Origin: Octopus sinensis
Taxonomy: Eukaryota
Assembly: GCF_006345805.1 (NCBI RefSeq)
Contig: NC_043019.1
Location: 17,669,360-17,733,359, forward strand
Direction: 5' to 3'
Length of the DNA: 64,000 nt
Shown: positions 12,879-24,821 of the stretch, in pieces
Layout of the letters: each line of letters begins with the position of its first letter
How positions within the stretch are numbered: position 1 is the first letter of the stretch
Notes under the pieces: model-generated
The model's input: the letters and a program-made list of their open reading frames with translations, nothing else
Database searches by the model: none
Told to the model about the DNA's origin: nothing
Position numbers and translations under genes: made by a program

Positions 12879-13600
12879 ACATGTGGCTTAGTGGTTAGGG
12901 TATTTGGCTCACAATCATATGGTCACGAGTTCAATTCCCAGTGATACATTGTCCCCTTGAGCAAGACACTTTATTTCACATTGCTCCAGTACTACTCATG
13001 TGGCAAAAATGAGTAGTACCTGTATTTCAAAGGACCTGCCTTATTATATCTTGTGTCATGCTGACTCTCTTTAAGAACTACATTGAGGGTAGACATGTCT
13101 GTAGATTGCTCAGCCGGGGAAGCACTCCATCGGTTACGATGATGAGGGTTCCGGTTGATCCGATCAACGGAACAGCCTGCTTGTGAAATTAACGTGTAAG
13201 TGGCTGAGCACTCCACAGACACGTGTACCCTTAACGTAGTTCTCGGGGATATTCAGCGTGACACAGAGTGTGACAAGGCCGGCCCTTTGAAATACAGGTA
13301 CAACAGAAACAGGAAGTAAGAGTGAGAGAAAGTTGTGGTGAAAGAGTACAGCAGGGATCACCACCATCCCCTGCCGGAGCCTCGTGGAGCTTTAGGTGTT
13401 TTCGCTCAATAAACACTCACAACGCCTGGTCTGGGAATCGAAACTGCGATCCTACGACCACGAGTCCGCTGCCCTAACCACTGGGCCATTGCGCCTCCAC
13501 TTGCACATTGCTCAGCCAGGGAAGCACATTGATTTCATGAGCAGGCTGGCTCATTGACCAGATTGACTGGAACCCGCATCACCATCATAACCGATAGAGT
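12879..13600 (+). mobile_element. older tRNA-headed SINE (family E) interrupted by family C (about 13116-13506, -)
   Basis: Head CATGTGGCTTAGTGGTTAGGG. TSD-like ATTGCTCAGCCRGGGAAGCAC at 13105-13125 and 13507-13527. Confidence 0.8.
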
Positions 13601-13885
13601 TCCAGTCAAGGTCTTTGAAGTTATAGTAGAAAAGGGCTGAGTGAGGAGCAAGCACATCTGTGGGAGTCATTTCATGTTCATCAGCTGGATGGCTTTTTTT
13701 TAGCTTTGAGTCTAGGGTGTTTGTGTATAGAGCAGCACTGACCCAGATGTGAGAATAATATTATAGTGCAGGGCTCACACAGAAATACGGTTTATATGGC
13801 ATGTGTCAGGAGATAAAGGGGCTTTCATCCCATCCCTCTCACTAGAAACATGAGTCTTGCAGCAACAGTGAATTAGCCTCTCTAT

Positions 13886-14557
13886 CAGGGGTTCTTAACC
13901 GGGTCCCATATAATTGTTAAAGATCCAATATGACCCTTGGGGGTCTCATGTGAACCTTGAGGGTCCATATAAGTTTTTTTTTAGTTAAGATTAGCAGTAT
14001 CGCCCGGCGTTGCTCGGGTTTGTAAGGGAAATAACTATATAAGCATTTTTAGAGATATAAAGTATAATAGCCATCTCAATATGGCTAAGCACAAAGGGGG
14101 GTGTTACTGTTGCTTTTTACGTTCTGAGATTTAATAATACATTTTTAGAGAGTTACTTCCCTTATATAATAGCAAAAAAAATGCATTAAAAATGGGAAAA
14201 AATGATGGTAAATTATTTTTAAAATCGTAGACTCATCGTAGATACGCGCTAATACCCAGAAGGGCTCAATATGAATCACAACTATAAGATACCCGCTTTT
14301 GGTTACACTGCACCGCAAAATGTGGGAGTAGTTAGGAATCTAAATCGTAGGAGACAGCACACAACTTTTCTTTTATATATAAAGATAAACAGTTATACAA
14401 TACATACAATAATTTAATGATTTTTTAAATACAATTCCCAATAATATTTAATTATAAAAATATAATAGGGTTCTTTTTAAACATCAAATGGCTATGAGGG
14501 TACAGTGGAGTGAAATAGAAATCAAAGGAGTTCACTGGCAAAAGATGGTGGAGAACT
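13886..14557. mobile_element. hAT-like MITE interrupted by a Helitron
   Basis: Starts CAGGGGTTCTTAACC. Related copies at 62769-63000 and 63934-64000. Confidence 0.55.
13991..14385 (-). mobile_element. non-autonomous Helitron
   Basis: Minus strand has a 5' TC end, subterminal hairpin CCCGAGCAACGCCGGG and a 3' CTAA (CTRR) end. Inserted between A and T with no TSD. Confidence 0.8.
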
Positions 14558-15093
14558 CATTCTGCTAAAAATAGCAGCCAAATCTCCCTTAAGTCACAAC
14601 CTTCTTTAAAAACGGGTAAGAAAGAATTAGATAATGTGGACACATCTAAAGAGTTATAATGGCCATGGATGGAAAGTCTTTGACCATGTCTACTCAAATA
14701 TGACCAATCTTAAAATAAACAAAAACATCACAGCTAGAGGGTTATATGACTGGACCTCTTTGTGGTCATTTTACATGCTAGAAATTGCAGCCGAATCCAC
14801 TCTGCTATCTTAAAAGAGAGGGAGACACATTGGATAATATCGTTCTAGATACATTGTTTCTAGACAAAGAGATTGGATGGTCATAGTTGGAGTGCTTCTG
14901 ATCATAGGTCTGCTGAATTAGGACCTTTTTTTGAGTCTAAAAGAACTCTTTTGTCTTTCCAAATTAATTTCATTGAAAAGTAGGCTATTTTTAGATTGTT
15001 ACAAATTCCAGTGAAAATTTCTGTTTTTATACATTTGCTTTTTTTGTTGTTGTTTGCTAATGAATGAAATAATCTTTTTTTTCTATTTTACAG

Positions 15094-15275
15094 ATTTCCA
15101 AAATGGAGGTTCAACAACAACAACAGCAACAGCTGATCTCCATGGAGATGGTGGAAAATGTAACATTCCGCACATTGCTTACGAAACTAATCAATGTTGT
15201 CCTCGCAATCTTGGCTGTGATTTTGGTGTTTGTGTCAACAGCAGCTAATCTAGTGGCTCCATTCCTTACAACAAG
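15094..15275 (+). CDS. TMCC1: TMCC-family protein, exon with polyQ and first transmembrane helix
   Basis: tacag acceptor, AG|gtact donor (phase 2). ISKMEVQQQQQQQLISMEMVENVTFRTLLTKLINVVLAILAVILVFVSTAANLVAPFLTT matches TMCC ISKMELQQQQQQ...LINILLAVMAVLLVFVSTVA. Confidence 0.95.
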
Positions 15276-15453
15276 GTACTTTGCCTTTCAAGCCATTGAC
15301 ACTTTCCTCTCCTATTATAAAAGAGAAGCTGATCTCCATCTGTCTGTCTGTTCGTCACAACATGTATTAGAGTGAGGGAAGAAGGGGAGGAGAAAAAGTT
15401 GTTGTTGAGAGAAAAATACAGTGAGAGAGGGAGAGAGAAAGAAAGTGAGAGAG

Positions 15454-15486
<33 letters not shown>

Positions 15487-15490
<4 letters not shown>

Positions 15491-16926
15491 TAGATAGATA
15501 GAAAGATAGATAGATAGACAGACAAATATGTTACTTTATTAGCCACACAGGGCTGCACACAGACGGGGCAGATTACAAAGAACTTTGGAGAGAATAAAAA
15601 AAAAGTGGGGTAGGTTTTCGATCAAAAGGGATCATAAAAGGGGAAAAAAAAAGCGATCAATAGGGATTGTGTATCACAGAAATGTCATGGTGTAAAGGGG
15701 GAAAGCAAGTAAGGTTTATCCGTGGAAAGAAAAGCCTACCGAAAAGACCACAGTAACCTTGGTCAGTAATGTCACATGTTAACACATTTGTTTGCAAGTA
15801 AGTAACCCTCTGTTTAAAATTTTTCCGGGTTCATAGGATTATGCTCAAGGTGGGTTCGTCATTCACACGTGCCATCCTTGCTACATTCACCCATCTTTTT
15901 TTGAAACATTCGCTAGACAAAACTTACCTCTCTACTCTCATTTTCCTTTTCAAGTGATACTTGAAGAAGTTGATGAGAGATTGACCAGAGAGGAAAGTGT
16001 TTGTCTCCAATCCTTTCAGACATGTCCACCAGATGCATTCTTTCGCCATAGCCACAAGGATGATGAAAATAGCTCTTCCTTCCCGTTTGAGGGAAGGAGG
16101 CATGACAATATTGACGATAGACTCGGCTGATAAACCGACTCGTCCCACATGTGACTGCAGTCTTTTGACATAAGCCCACAGGTTGGAAATTGTTGGACAC
16201 TGCACAAGTGCGTGCAGAACGGTTTCGTCGCTCTGACCGCATCTCGGGCAGGTTGGCCCCGTGTTTCTTGAGCCGTGTCTGTAGAGCTTATCCCGAACGG
16301 GTAGCGCTTCTCGGTAGCACTGCCAGGCCAAGGATCTCTGGAAGTTGTCCATGGGCCCTGGCCCGAAAGTCGTCCTGAACAGGCGGGTCAGGTATTCCTC
16401 GTCGACGTCCAGGTTCGCCCTGAGCTCGTCGTTATACCTCCCCTCCACTAATTCCCTATAGAATGCTTTGGTTGTGTTGCAGTCACTCAAGGTTGACCCG
16501 GGATGGCATAGTTGCTTGAGAGCAACGCTACACTCTCAGTGCCATTCACCCTTCCTCGGTTTCTTTTTGATCCATGACTGCAGTTCAGTCACGGAGACGA
16601 GTTGTGGGAAAGTGTGCCTCACAAACGGCGACCACACCTGTTCACCATCATCTACAAAGAGCCTGAGATGTTGCAGTCTCAGTGCGTGTCTGCGCATCAT
16701 CAACCACGGCATGCCCAGTCCTCCTTTTAACGGGTGTTGACAGCAAATGGATCGCCTGACCATCGGGACGCATCCTTTCCACAGGAAGCGAAAGAGAATG
16801 CATTCTAGTTTGGTGATGGTAGGGTCGGGACAAGGCACGACGGTCAGGCGGTAGTAAATGACGGATGTGATGTATGTGTTCACCACCTCTGCCCGACCTT
16901 TTAGGGACAGTTTCCTCTCGGCCCAT
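15487..16926 (-). mobile_element. 5'-truncated L1/Tx1-clade LINE (ORF2 C-terminus)
   Basis: WAERKLSLKGRAEVVN...FLWKG...GGLGMP and C-terminal zinc knuckle TCPRCGQSDETVLHALVQCP. AATAAA at 15540-15535, then a (TCTA)n tail. Confidence 0.88.
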
Positions 16927-17439
16927 TGGATGGATGGATGGTGTCAGCATAGTAACTTTTGATTAAAAATGTAGGAATTTTAATTGCTATAGTTAAAATA
17001 TCATGAGAAGAATTATGACTCCACTGCTGTTTAATGTAAATGTTATGAAAATTTAATTTCATTGGATTCTTTCTTGCCGTAAGTTTAGAACTGAATTTAG
17101 GTACCATAAACTTTTATCTGTTGTTTTGACTGCATTGTCATCAATCATTTATTGGTAGCATTGGTAGAACAGCCTATCGCTCTTTGCGTTAAGTGACTGA
17201 TGACTTATCTTATTGAAATATAATAGTAAAGTAAAAATTAGAGGCAATTTGTAATAGCTAATTTGAGGGGCACATGATATAGTGGTTAGGGTGTTGGACT
17301 CCTGATTGAAAGATTGTTCTGTCCAGGGAGGAATATATACATCAGAGAAACTGGGAAATCAGCCCTATGCTTTTTACAGAGTAATGTAGACTAAGCTATT
17401 TGAGGAGGTGGAATAGCAAGTGCTCTGTCGTGTAATTAG

Positions 17440-18990
17440 CAATGACACCACCCAGCAAACAGGTGAAACTAATATCAAAGCTGCTTAGATGCAAAGGTGT
17501 TATAACTGTTACATCGTCCACGAATGCCCTACAAACTGGATGCCTTGTATTGTCATTAGTCCTTATTTCTGGTCTTTGGGCTGCTTTCCTCCCTCTTTTT
17601 GTTGAAGGATCTCAAGAGCCCAAAACAGGACCAAGTATTATGTTCTCTGCCATAATGCCTTTTGAAAGTTTCCGTCATGTGGTTGTGAAATTTCCCATAA
17701 TGAACCTTACCTTCTGTGAATTCTTGACTACTGCTATTGGTACTTGATAGTACTTTGATGCACTTGAGATTAACTGGCGGGGCACATTTGGGTGGTCTTT
17801 GGCAAGATCTAACTATACCAGTGAGAGTGTGATGTTGTGCCTCATTGTTTTCTTCATATTTTGGCTGATTGTTGATTTATGTTTAAAGCACTCAGAGTAC
17901 CTTAGTACTTCTCCTTTCAGGACACTCATGTCATTGTACTCATTGGCAAGTAGACAGGTTAATCTTTTGACATTGAAAGACCAAAAGAACTCTTTGACAT
18001 CTGACAGATAGATATCTTGAAGTCTTGCTGAGTTATTTTCTCCCATACCAAAACATTCATTCTGAACTGTCCAGGGCTTATTCCTGTGTTTTCTTCCAGA
18101 TTGCCCATTTTACTAACCTCCGCAGTAGCGACAGGAAGATTTTGTAGATCTTGTACAATATACCAGATGACCCTAGAGCAGCTCATGCCCAAGCTATTGC
18201 CACTATAGCACTTACTTCATAGAATGTGAAGTCTGCCATGTTGAAAGGGACATGTGGCTAGAGCTTTGGCGATTGGAAAGGACAGTTAGCCAGTGGAATG
18301 TCTCTCTTGGAGTCACCATAGACCACTGCCACTCTGCTCTTCAACTCTTCTTTAGAACAGACCAGCTTTCCAAGGAGATCAACTGTGAATCAGAATTAGT
18401 TGTTAAAAGAGACCTCCCTCTGCTTTCTCTGGCTTTTCCCTTTTATCACTCTCCTGCAAAACTGCTGCAATTTCCCCCATAATTCTGAGCTCAGCTGGTT
18501 TTATACTACCATCTTCATCTGCTTCTTTCCATCTTTTCTTCAGCTGTTTTAGCTCATTCTTCAGTTCTGTGATCTGATGCCACCTTCTGTTGGGACAAGG
18601 TAACTTCCCAGTTTTCCCTCCTTCATGTCAAAGGTATCTTGGCATGCCTGGCATTTAAATTTACACAATGGTCCTCATCTTTCTGCTTGCTTCTCCTGTC
18701 GTATTACTGCTCAAGATGATGCTTAGATCCTCATCTAACTGAGCCCATCTGCTGCTGATGCTGCTGGTTGCAAATTCATGCCAATGCACTGATTGGCAGG
18801 TAGACATGTTAATTTTCCGACAATGAAGAACCAAAAGATATTTCCTCTTGAAACCGTCGAAGCTTTTAGATTCACCCACTCTTCGTGTGCCATGAGCAAG
18901 TTGAACTAGAAGATCCTGGGTATTGTGCTTTGCTCCTAGCCATAGTCCTCCTCCAACTGACAAGCTGTTCCAATACCTTTAGAAATAGAT
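17440..18990 (-). mobile_element. degenerate Hero/NeSL-like non-LTR retrotransposon (RT region)
   Basis: Frameshifted pieces RWAQLDEDLSIIL, NRRWHQITELKNELKQLKKRWKEA, LSLV*LDLAKDHPNVPRQLISSASKYYQVP and RT motif AFVDDVTVIT. Clade call is from remembered motifs. Confidence 0.7.
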
Positions 18991-19406
18991 TCCTGAGTAG
19001 AATCAGGTACATTGCATTGCTGTAGTTACTACTGACATTTTGATTTGCCTTGATGAATCTTCATGTTGCATGTTGCTTTTCAATATTCCACCCCCAGACG
19101 TTACATCTCCTTTGGGTATTACCTTCCTGTCTTGCTATACCCAACCTCATAATCCTTATATCATTGTCCCAATTAATTGGCCATGTGAACTGTCCTTGAT
19201 AGCAGATTATCCTCCTCCTTCTTCAGTCTTTCTAGTGGGGGTCAGAGCAAGTTCCTCTCAGTTTAGTACATGTAGCTTGCTAGTGCTAGTTGTAATACTT
19301 TGATTTGTCATCCATTCTGTCATGGATCTCCTCTGTTTTTACCTAATTTATCTATCTCCCTCATATATGTTTATTTATTTATTGATTTTCAATTTCTTTG
19401 TTTCAG

Positions 19407-19533
19407 AGCCCGAATATTAAGTACCACATTGTTAATATTTGTTATCGTGATGTCTTGGAAGAATTGTGACTACTTCCTGCAGATTTTCGATTACATTATG
19501 TCAGAATATCGACGCCTGTTATCCAAGCGATAG
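19407..19533 (+). CDS. TMCC1: TMCC-family protein, terminal coding exon (second transmembrane helix and stop)
   Basis: tttcag acceptor. The phase completes the AG|A Arg codon, then ARILSTTLLIFVIVMSWKNCDYFLQIFDYIMSEYRRLLSKR-TAG. Confidence 0.93.
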
Positions 19534-19866
19534 CATCCATAGTAAATTAGTTGCAATTTCCTAAAAAACAAAAGACTTACATTGTCTCCAGGAGCGCTGC
19601 CTGTGTTGAGGGCACCGACAAATCTGCTGGCAACACACAGCAACTCAAACTTGTTGACAACGAACCGCGTGGAGCACGTGGCTGTGATGAAGAAAAACTG
19701 GGCTGGACAGTTTCCACTTGCAAAGTAGTTGATTCTTTGTGTGTCAGCATTGTGACTTAGTTGCTACAACAGGTATTCCGCTTGCATACACATAGAAGAT
19801 AACATTGGTGTACCAAGAATTGACATACATGTACACATTTGAAACCACGCTCTAACACACAAACAA

Positions 19867-19900
<34 letters not shown>

Positions 19901-20298
19901 TACACATACATATATACACATGCTCACATACAAATACATGTATGTATACAACTAATTTATTGGCTCATACCTTTGTACTCTTACACATCTGCAACCAATA
20001 TACAAAACAAACATTTCCTTTTGAAAAAAATGGAAGAAGAAGAAAAATTGAAAGTTATAAACAAAGAAACTTCTCTTGAAATTTTAATTCACATGTTATT
20101 TAAAAGAAGACAGACTGCTATTTGCAAAGAGTACATTGTGTGTACTCTTCATTTATGTCTCCATGGTGATTGCTACAGATTTGGTGCTTGGCATCCAATA
20201 CCTTCAGGTGGATATTTCATCTGAACACTGATGTTTTTTTAGTCTTATTTGCTGACTGCTACACGAGAGACTTTTCCAGTTCTTTAGTTTACATAGAT

Positions 20299-20362
<64 letters not shown>

Positions 20363-21600
20363 CTATACAATGAAACAATGAAATAATCACCAGATACTTT
20401 TTTTTTACAAAAATATGTATAATTATTTAATCCAGTCCTAAACGAAAAAAACACGCATCAGAAATACATAAAGGTAAATCAAATAGAAAGACACACACAC
20501 AAAACATGGTGAAATGCTTGCACACACATACGTTTAAGTATATTTATTCATACATATACATACACAGGTACAGTTAAATGACATCCATACATATACCCAC
20601 GCATTCTGATTGCATACAGATGGAAGAAAATGTACCGACACATAAGCATATCTAAGCAGGTTAACACACACACACACACACACACACACCTACCTACCTA
20701 TGCCTAGACAATACACTGCAAGGTGTGATTTGTCAAGGTGAAAACAAACTGACAAGAAAAGCCTTGTTGTAGCTTTCAGCAATTTTCTCTGATGGAGATT
20801 AACAAGTGATAAAGCCCCAAACCCCCCATCCCCCACCCACGACCCCACCCCCCATCTTTCCACCCTACCCTCCATCCTCCTCCTCCATGATCCCTCCTTC
20901 CACCCTCCCCCTCTCCCCATCGCCCCCCTCCCACAAACAAAAGAAAGGACACAGCAAGCCTCTGCCTGCTACTCACATCACTCTGACTTTGCTTCCTGTT
21001 GTTTCTTGATTTGTTTTTTTTTGTTTTGTTGTTGTTGTTGTTTCCTCCCCACCCCCACCACTACAATCACCTTCCCCTTCCCCCCACTTCAACCACCCTG
21101 TTTCATTTTCCACCCCACCCCCCGAAGCTCTTTTTTCCTTCCTTCCTTAGTATTTGGTTAATTCAGTCCATATTTTTTTTGGATATTGTTAACTTCTTGA
21201 TGCTTGAAAAAGACAAAAAAAATATATATATATTTGTTCTCTTCATGTTTCTTTTTTTTTGTTTTTCCTCTGTTTTGTTTCACCTTTTTTTTTGTGTCTC
21301 TGGAATCATTTTCCATAAAAATGGAAAAAAAAAGGACAAAAATCCTTCCCTTTTCCCCTCCACTTCAAGGCAACCAGGAGAGCTTCAAATGGTAGGTAGT
21401 TACCTCCCCTTTTGAAACTGGTGTTTTGTTATTTATTTTCCCTCCTCTCTGCCATCCCCACTGTTTTCAGTTATACTTGATTGTTTTTGGTCAGCCTGAT
21501 CTGGAAAAGTCAGGAATGTTCTCCGTTTCAGCTGACTCCCCCAAGCCCAACAATATGAAAAAGAAAAAAAAAAGAAAAAGAAAATCATTTAATAAACAAA
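19534..21600 (+). other. probable long 3' UTR of the TMCC gene
   Basis: TE-free sequence after the stop with CA/TA microsatellites and pyrimidine tracts. AATAAA at 21591 is a candidate polyA signal. The end is not demonstrable from DNA alone. Confidence 0.4.
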
Positions 21601-21646
21601 AAAATTAATACTGAAGCCTTCTTTTCTTTTATATGTATGTATGATA

Positions 21647-21678
<32 letters not shown>

Positions 21679-21900
21679 CTTTATTTAAAGCAGCAGAAAA
21701 TTCAACAAAACCTGTTACTCTGAGTTTCACATTGCTGTTCGTCGGACAGTTTTTGCTAGTGTCCGACGAACGGCAACGTGAAACTCAGAGTAACAGGTTT
21801 TGTTGAATTTTCTGCTGCTTTAAATAAAGCATATTACTCTACCACTGGAATTTGAGTACTCTTTTTTCCACCTTGTTTCACATTTATGTGTTTACTCCGG
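21679..21900. mobile_element. Penelope-like fold-back mini-element in a (TA)n tract
   Basis: About 70-bp-arm hairpin 21679-21829 plus a unique tail to 21900. An internally collapsed copy in reverse orientation lies at 51899-52032. Confidence 0.75.
21760..21795 (+). ncRNA. minimal type I hammerhead motif (C4 variant); mirror copy on minus at 21713-21748
   Basis: TGT-CCGACGA-ACG GCAA CGT-GAA-ACTCAGAGT-A-ACA. Stem I is only 3 bp. Confidence 0.65.
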
Positions 21901-21934
21901 TATATATATATATATATATATATGTGTGTATGTG

Positions 21935-22225
21935 TGGAGGCGCAATGGCCCAGTGGTTAGGGCAGCGGACTCGCGGTTGTAGGATCGCGGTTTTGATTCC
22001 CAGACCGGGCGTTGTGAGTGTTTATTGAGCGAAAACACCTAAAGCCCCACGCGGCTTCGGCAGGGGGTGGTGGCAATCCCTGCTGTACTCTTTCGCTACA
22101 ACTTTCTCTCACTCTTACTTCTGTTGGCCTGCTCGCTTAGCCTGAGGGGTGGCGTCATTTGAAGGCTAAAACAATGCGAGTCACACTGTGACCAGCGATG
22201 TGTAGCAACATCTGATAGCCTAGTC
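21935..22225 (+). mobile_element. SINE family C (tRNA head), tail type 2
   Basis: Head GGAGGCGCAATGGCCCAGTGGTTAGGGCAGCGGACTCGCGG. The same tail occurs at 52100-52397. Confidence 0.88.
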
Positions 22226-22241
22226 AGTCACGGTGATCACA

Positions 22242-22275
<34 letters not shown>

Positions 22276-22284
22276 AGGGTGCAT

Positions 22285-22540
22285 GGTTTCGTGGTTAGGG
22301 TGTTGCATGAGATTGTGGTTTCAATTCCTAGACTGGGTGGTGTGTTGTGTTCTTGACCAAAACACTTCATTTCATGTTGCTCTGTGATCACACCTGTGAT
22401 CACACCTGATGCATGGTACACCTGTGCACCTGTCCAGACATTGTCAAATTGATGGAAAGAAAGAGCTAATGCATGGCATAGACATTTGATCCCTATAAAC
22501 AAATCATCTGTGCAGGTCGTTTCTCAAAAAACCGAACACT
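22285..22540 (+). mobile_element. SINE family E, diverged
   Basis: GTGGTTAGGGTGTTG head. Similar to 49588-49850. Confidence 0.65.
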
Positions 22541-22710
22541 CCTATGTCGCCTTCGGCAGGAGACTCCATCATACTCACACACACACACACACACACACAT
22601 ATTGACATATTGGCACTTGTATATTGCTCTACTTGGGGATGGTCACATTTTGGCAATTCAACTCATGCGCTATGTATTTGGTCTTCACTTCAGCTTTATT
22701 ATTATTATTA

Positions 22711-23118
22711 CTCTTACTCTTATACTTGTTTCAGTCATTTGACTGCGGCCATGCCGGAGCACCGCCTTTAGTCGAGCAAATCGACCCTGGGACTTATTCT
22801 TTGTAAGCCCAGTACTTATTCTATCGGTCTCTTTTGCCAAACCGCTAAGTGACGGGGACGTAAACACACCAGCATCAGTTGTCAAGCAATGCTAAGGGGA
22901 CAAACACACAAACACGTACACACACACACACAAACATATATATATATATATATACGACGGGCTTCTTTCAGTTTCCGTCTACCAAATCCACTCACAAGGC
23001 ATTGGTCGACCCGAGGCTATAGCAGAAGACACTTGCCCAAGATGCCACACAGTGGGACTGAACCCGGAACCATGTTGTTGGTAAGCAAGCTACTTACCAC
23101 ACAGCCACTCCTGTGCCT
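22711..23118 (-). mobile_element. SINE family A, full length
   Basis: Near-consensus copy. Confidence 0.9.
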
Positions 23119-23536
23119 ATTAGCTTAGTTCCTTTGTCAAAGTTCTTTTGTCACACATCCTGTGACCTATTGAGTACTCTCTACCCCACACGTCTCCTCT
23201 TGTTTCGAATGGGATAAGAAGATCAATAGGAGATTTGTGGGTAGGGAGTCATTGAAGACGTTGCAGAATGAGTGACAAAAGAGCTTTGATAAAGAAACTG
23301 TAATAATCATCATCATAAAACTGAACTGATGCCAAATATGTAGTGTGCATGTTTAACTGGTAAAATATAAACTTTCACCAAGTATAACAATATTTGTTTC
23401 AACACGCAATTTCACATCAAGAATCTTCCAAGAAAATACATAATCGCATATATGTGTGTGTGTGTGCATGTGTGTATGTAGCCACACACACACACAAACA
23501 CACACATGTACATACATACATACATACATATATATT

Positions 23537-23745
23537 TCTTTACTACTCACAAGGGGCTAAACACAGAGGGGACAAACAAGGACAGACAAAGGGATTAAAT
23601 CGATTACGTCGACCCCAGTACGTAACTGGTACTTAATTTATCAACCCCGAAAGGATGAAAGGCAAAGTCGACCTCGGCGGAATTTGAACTCGGAATGTAG
23701 CGGCAGACGAAATACGGCTACGCATTTCGCCCGGCGTGCTAATGT
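23537..23745 (-). mobile_element. SINE family B
   Basis: Reverse complement of the family B body. Confidence 0.88.
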
Positions 23746-23769
23746 ACTTACATAAATATATGTTATCTG

Positions 23770-23894
23770 ATTGATGAGAAGATTACATTTACCAAAGAGT
23801 TCACTGAAATCACAACCGTTCTGTGAGATTTTTTTTTTCTCAGAACGGTTGTGATTTCAGTGAACTCTTTGGTAAATGTAATCTTCTCATCAAT
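23770..23894. repeat. perfect 54-bp-arm inverted repeat with a 17-nt loop
   Basis: ATTGATGAGAAG...AACCGTTCTG / CAGAACGGTT...CTTCTCATCAAT, no mismatches. Confidence 0.95.
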
Positions 23895-23900
23895 AAGGTA

Positions 23901-23931
<31 letters not shown>

Positions 23932-23994
23932 TTACATACATACACACACACACACATACATACATACATACATACGCATATACATATATGTTTG

Positions 23995-24560
23995 AGAGAT
24001 GGCATGGCTGGTAGGATGAATGTGAGTGCAAGTGGTGAGATGTTAGAGGAGGTGCACGTGACGGGGGATGGGGTGTTGACTGAGGAGGTGGAATATAGGG
24101 TGAGGGAGGGGAGTAAGATCCTTGGAGTTGTGAAAGGTCTGCTGAGAGATAAAAGGTTGAGTATGAAAGTGAAAAGAGGTGTGTCTGAGGGTGTGATTGG
24201 GTTGACAATGGTGCATAGGTGTGGGGTCAGAGAGGCAGAAAGGAGGTGACGAGATGTGTTTGAGATGAGATATTTGAGGGCTATGGTTGGTGTGACACGG
24301 ATGGACAGGTTGAGGAATGAGGTAGTGTACCAGAACGGATAGACAAATGTTGAGGTGGTTTGGCCACATGGAGAGGATGGATGAGGAGCAGATAGTAAGG
24401 AGGGTGATGAAGGCAGAAGTGGTAGGCAGCAGAACCAGAAGCAGACCTTGGTTTGTGTGGGTGGATGGATGGAGGAAAGCTTTGGTGATTAAAAGTGATG
24501 GAGTGAGAGAGGCGAGAGAGAGTTTATAAATGATGAGTGAGTTTGGAGAGTGTTTGTGGA
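23995..24560 (+). mobile_element. RTE-clade LINE remnant (ORF C-terminus)
   Basis: FEMRYLRAMVGVTRMDRLRNE and LRWFGHMERMDEEQIVRRVMKAEVVGSRTRSRP..W. Confidence 0.85.
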
Positions 24561-24821
24561 TGGATGAGTGAATTTGATGTTGCTGAAAGGGATACATGAT
24601 GCAGCGGGGGTAAACCAGCATATGCTGTTGGGCCCTGCTGCTGCTATCAAGAGGTGCTTTCTACACCTTGACTCAAGCATAGGATGGGGTTTGCCTCTTT
24701 GAGCTGGCAAATAAATGGAATGCATTTACCCACCTGCTATGGCCTTCAAATGTTTATATATATATATATACACACAGACACACATACATTAAACATACAC
24801 ACACACATATATGTGAGGGGG

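Noticed and set aside
15103-15375. alternative TMCC C-terminus by read-through of the 15275 donor; polyQ expansion
   Set aside because: The downstream exon restores the conserved second helix. The intronic extension is unremarkable, and the Q run is a conserved TMCC feature.
19531-19545. stop-codon readthrough of TMCC
   Set aside because: TAG is followed by two codons and then TAG TAA. No known readthrough context.
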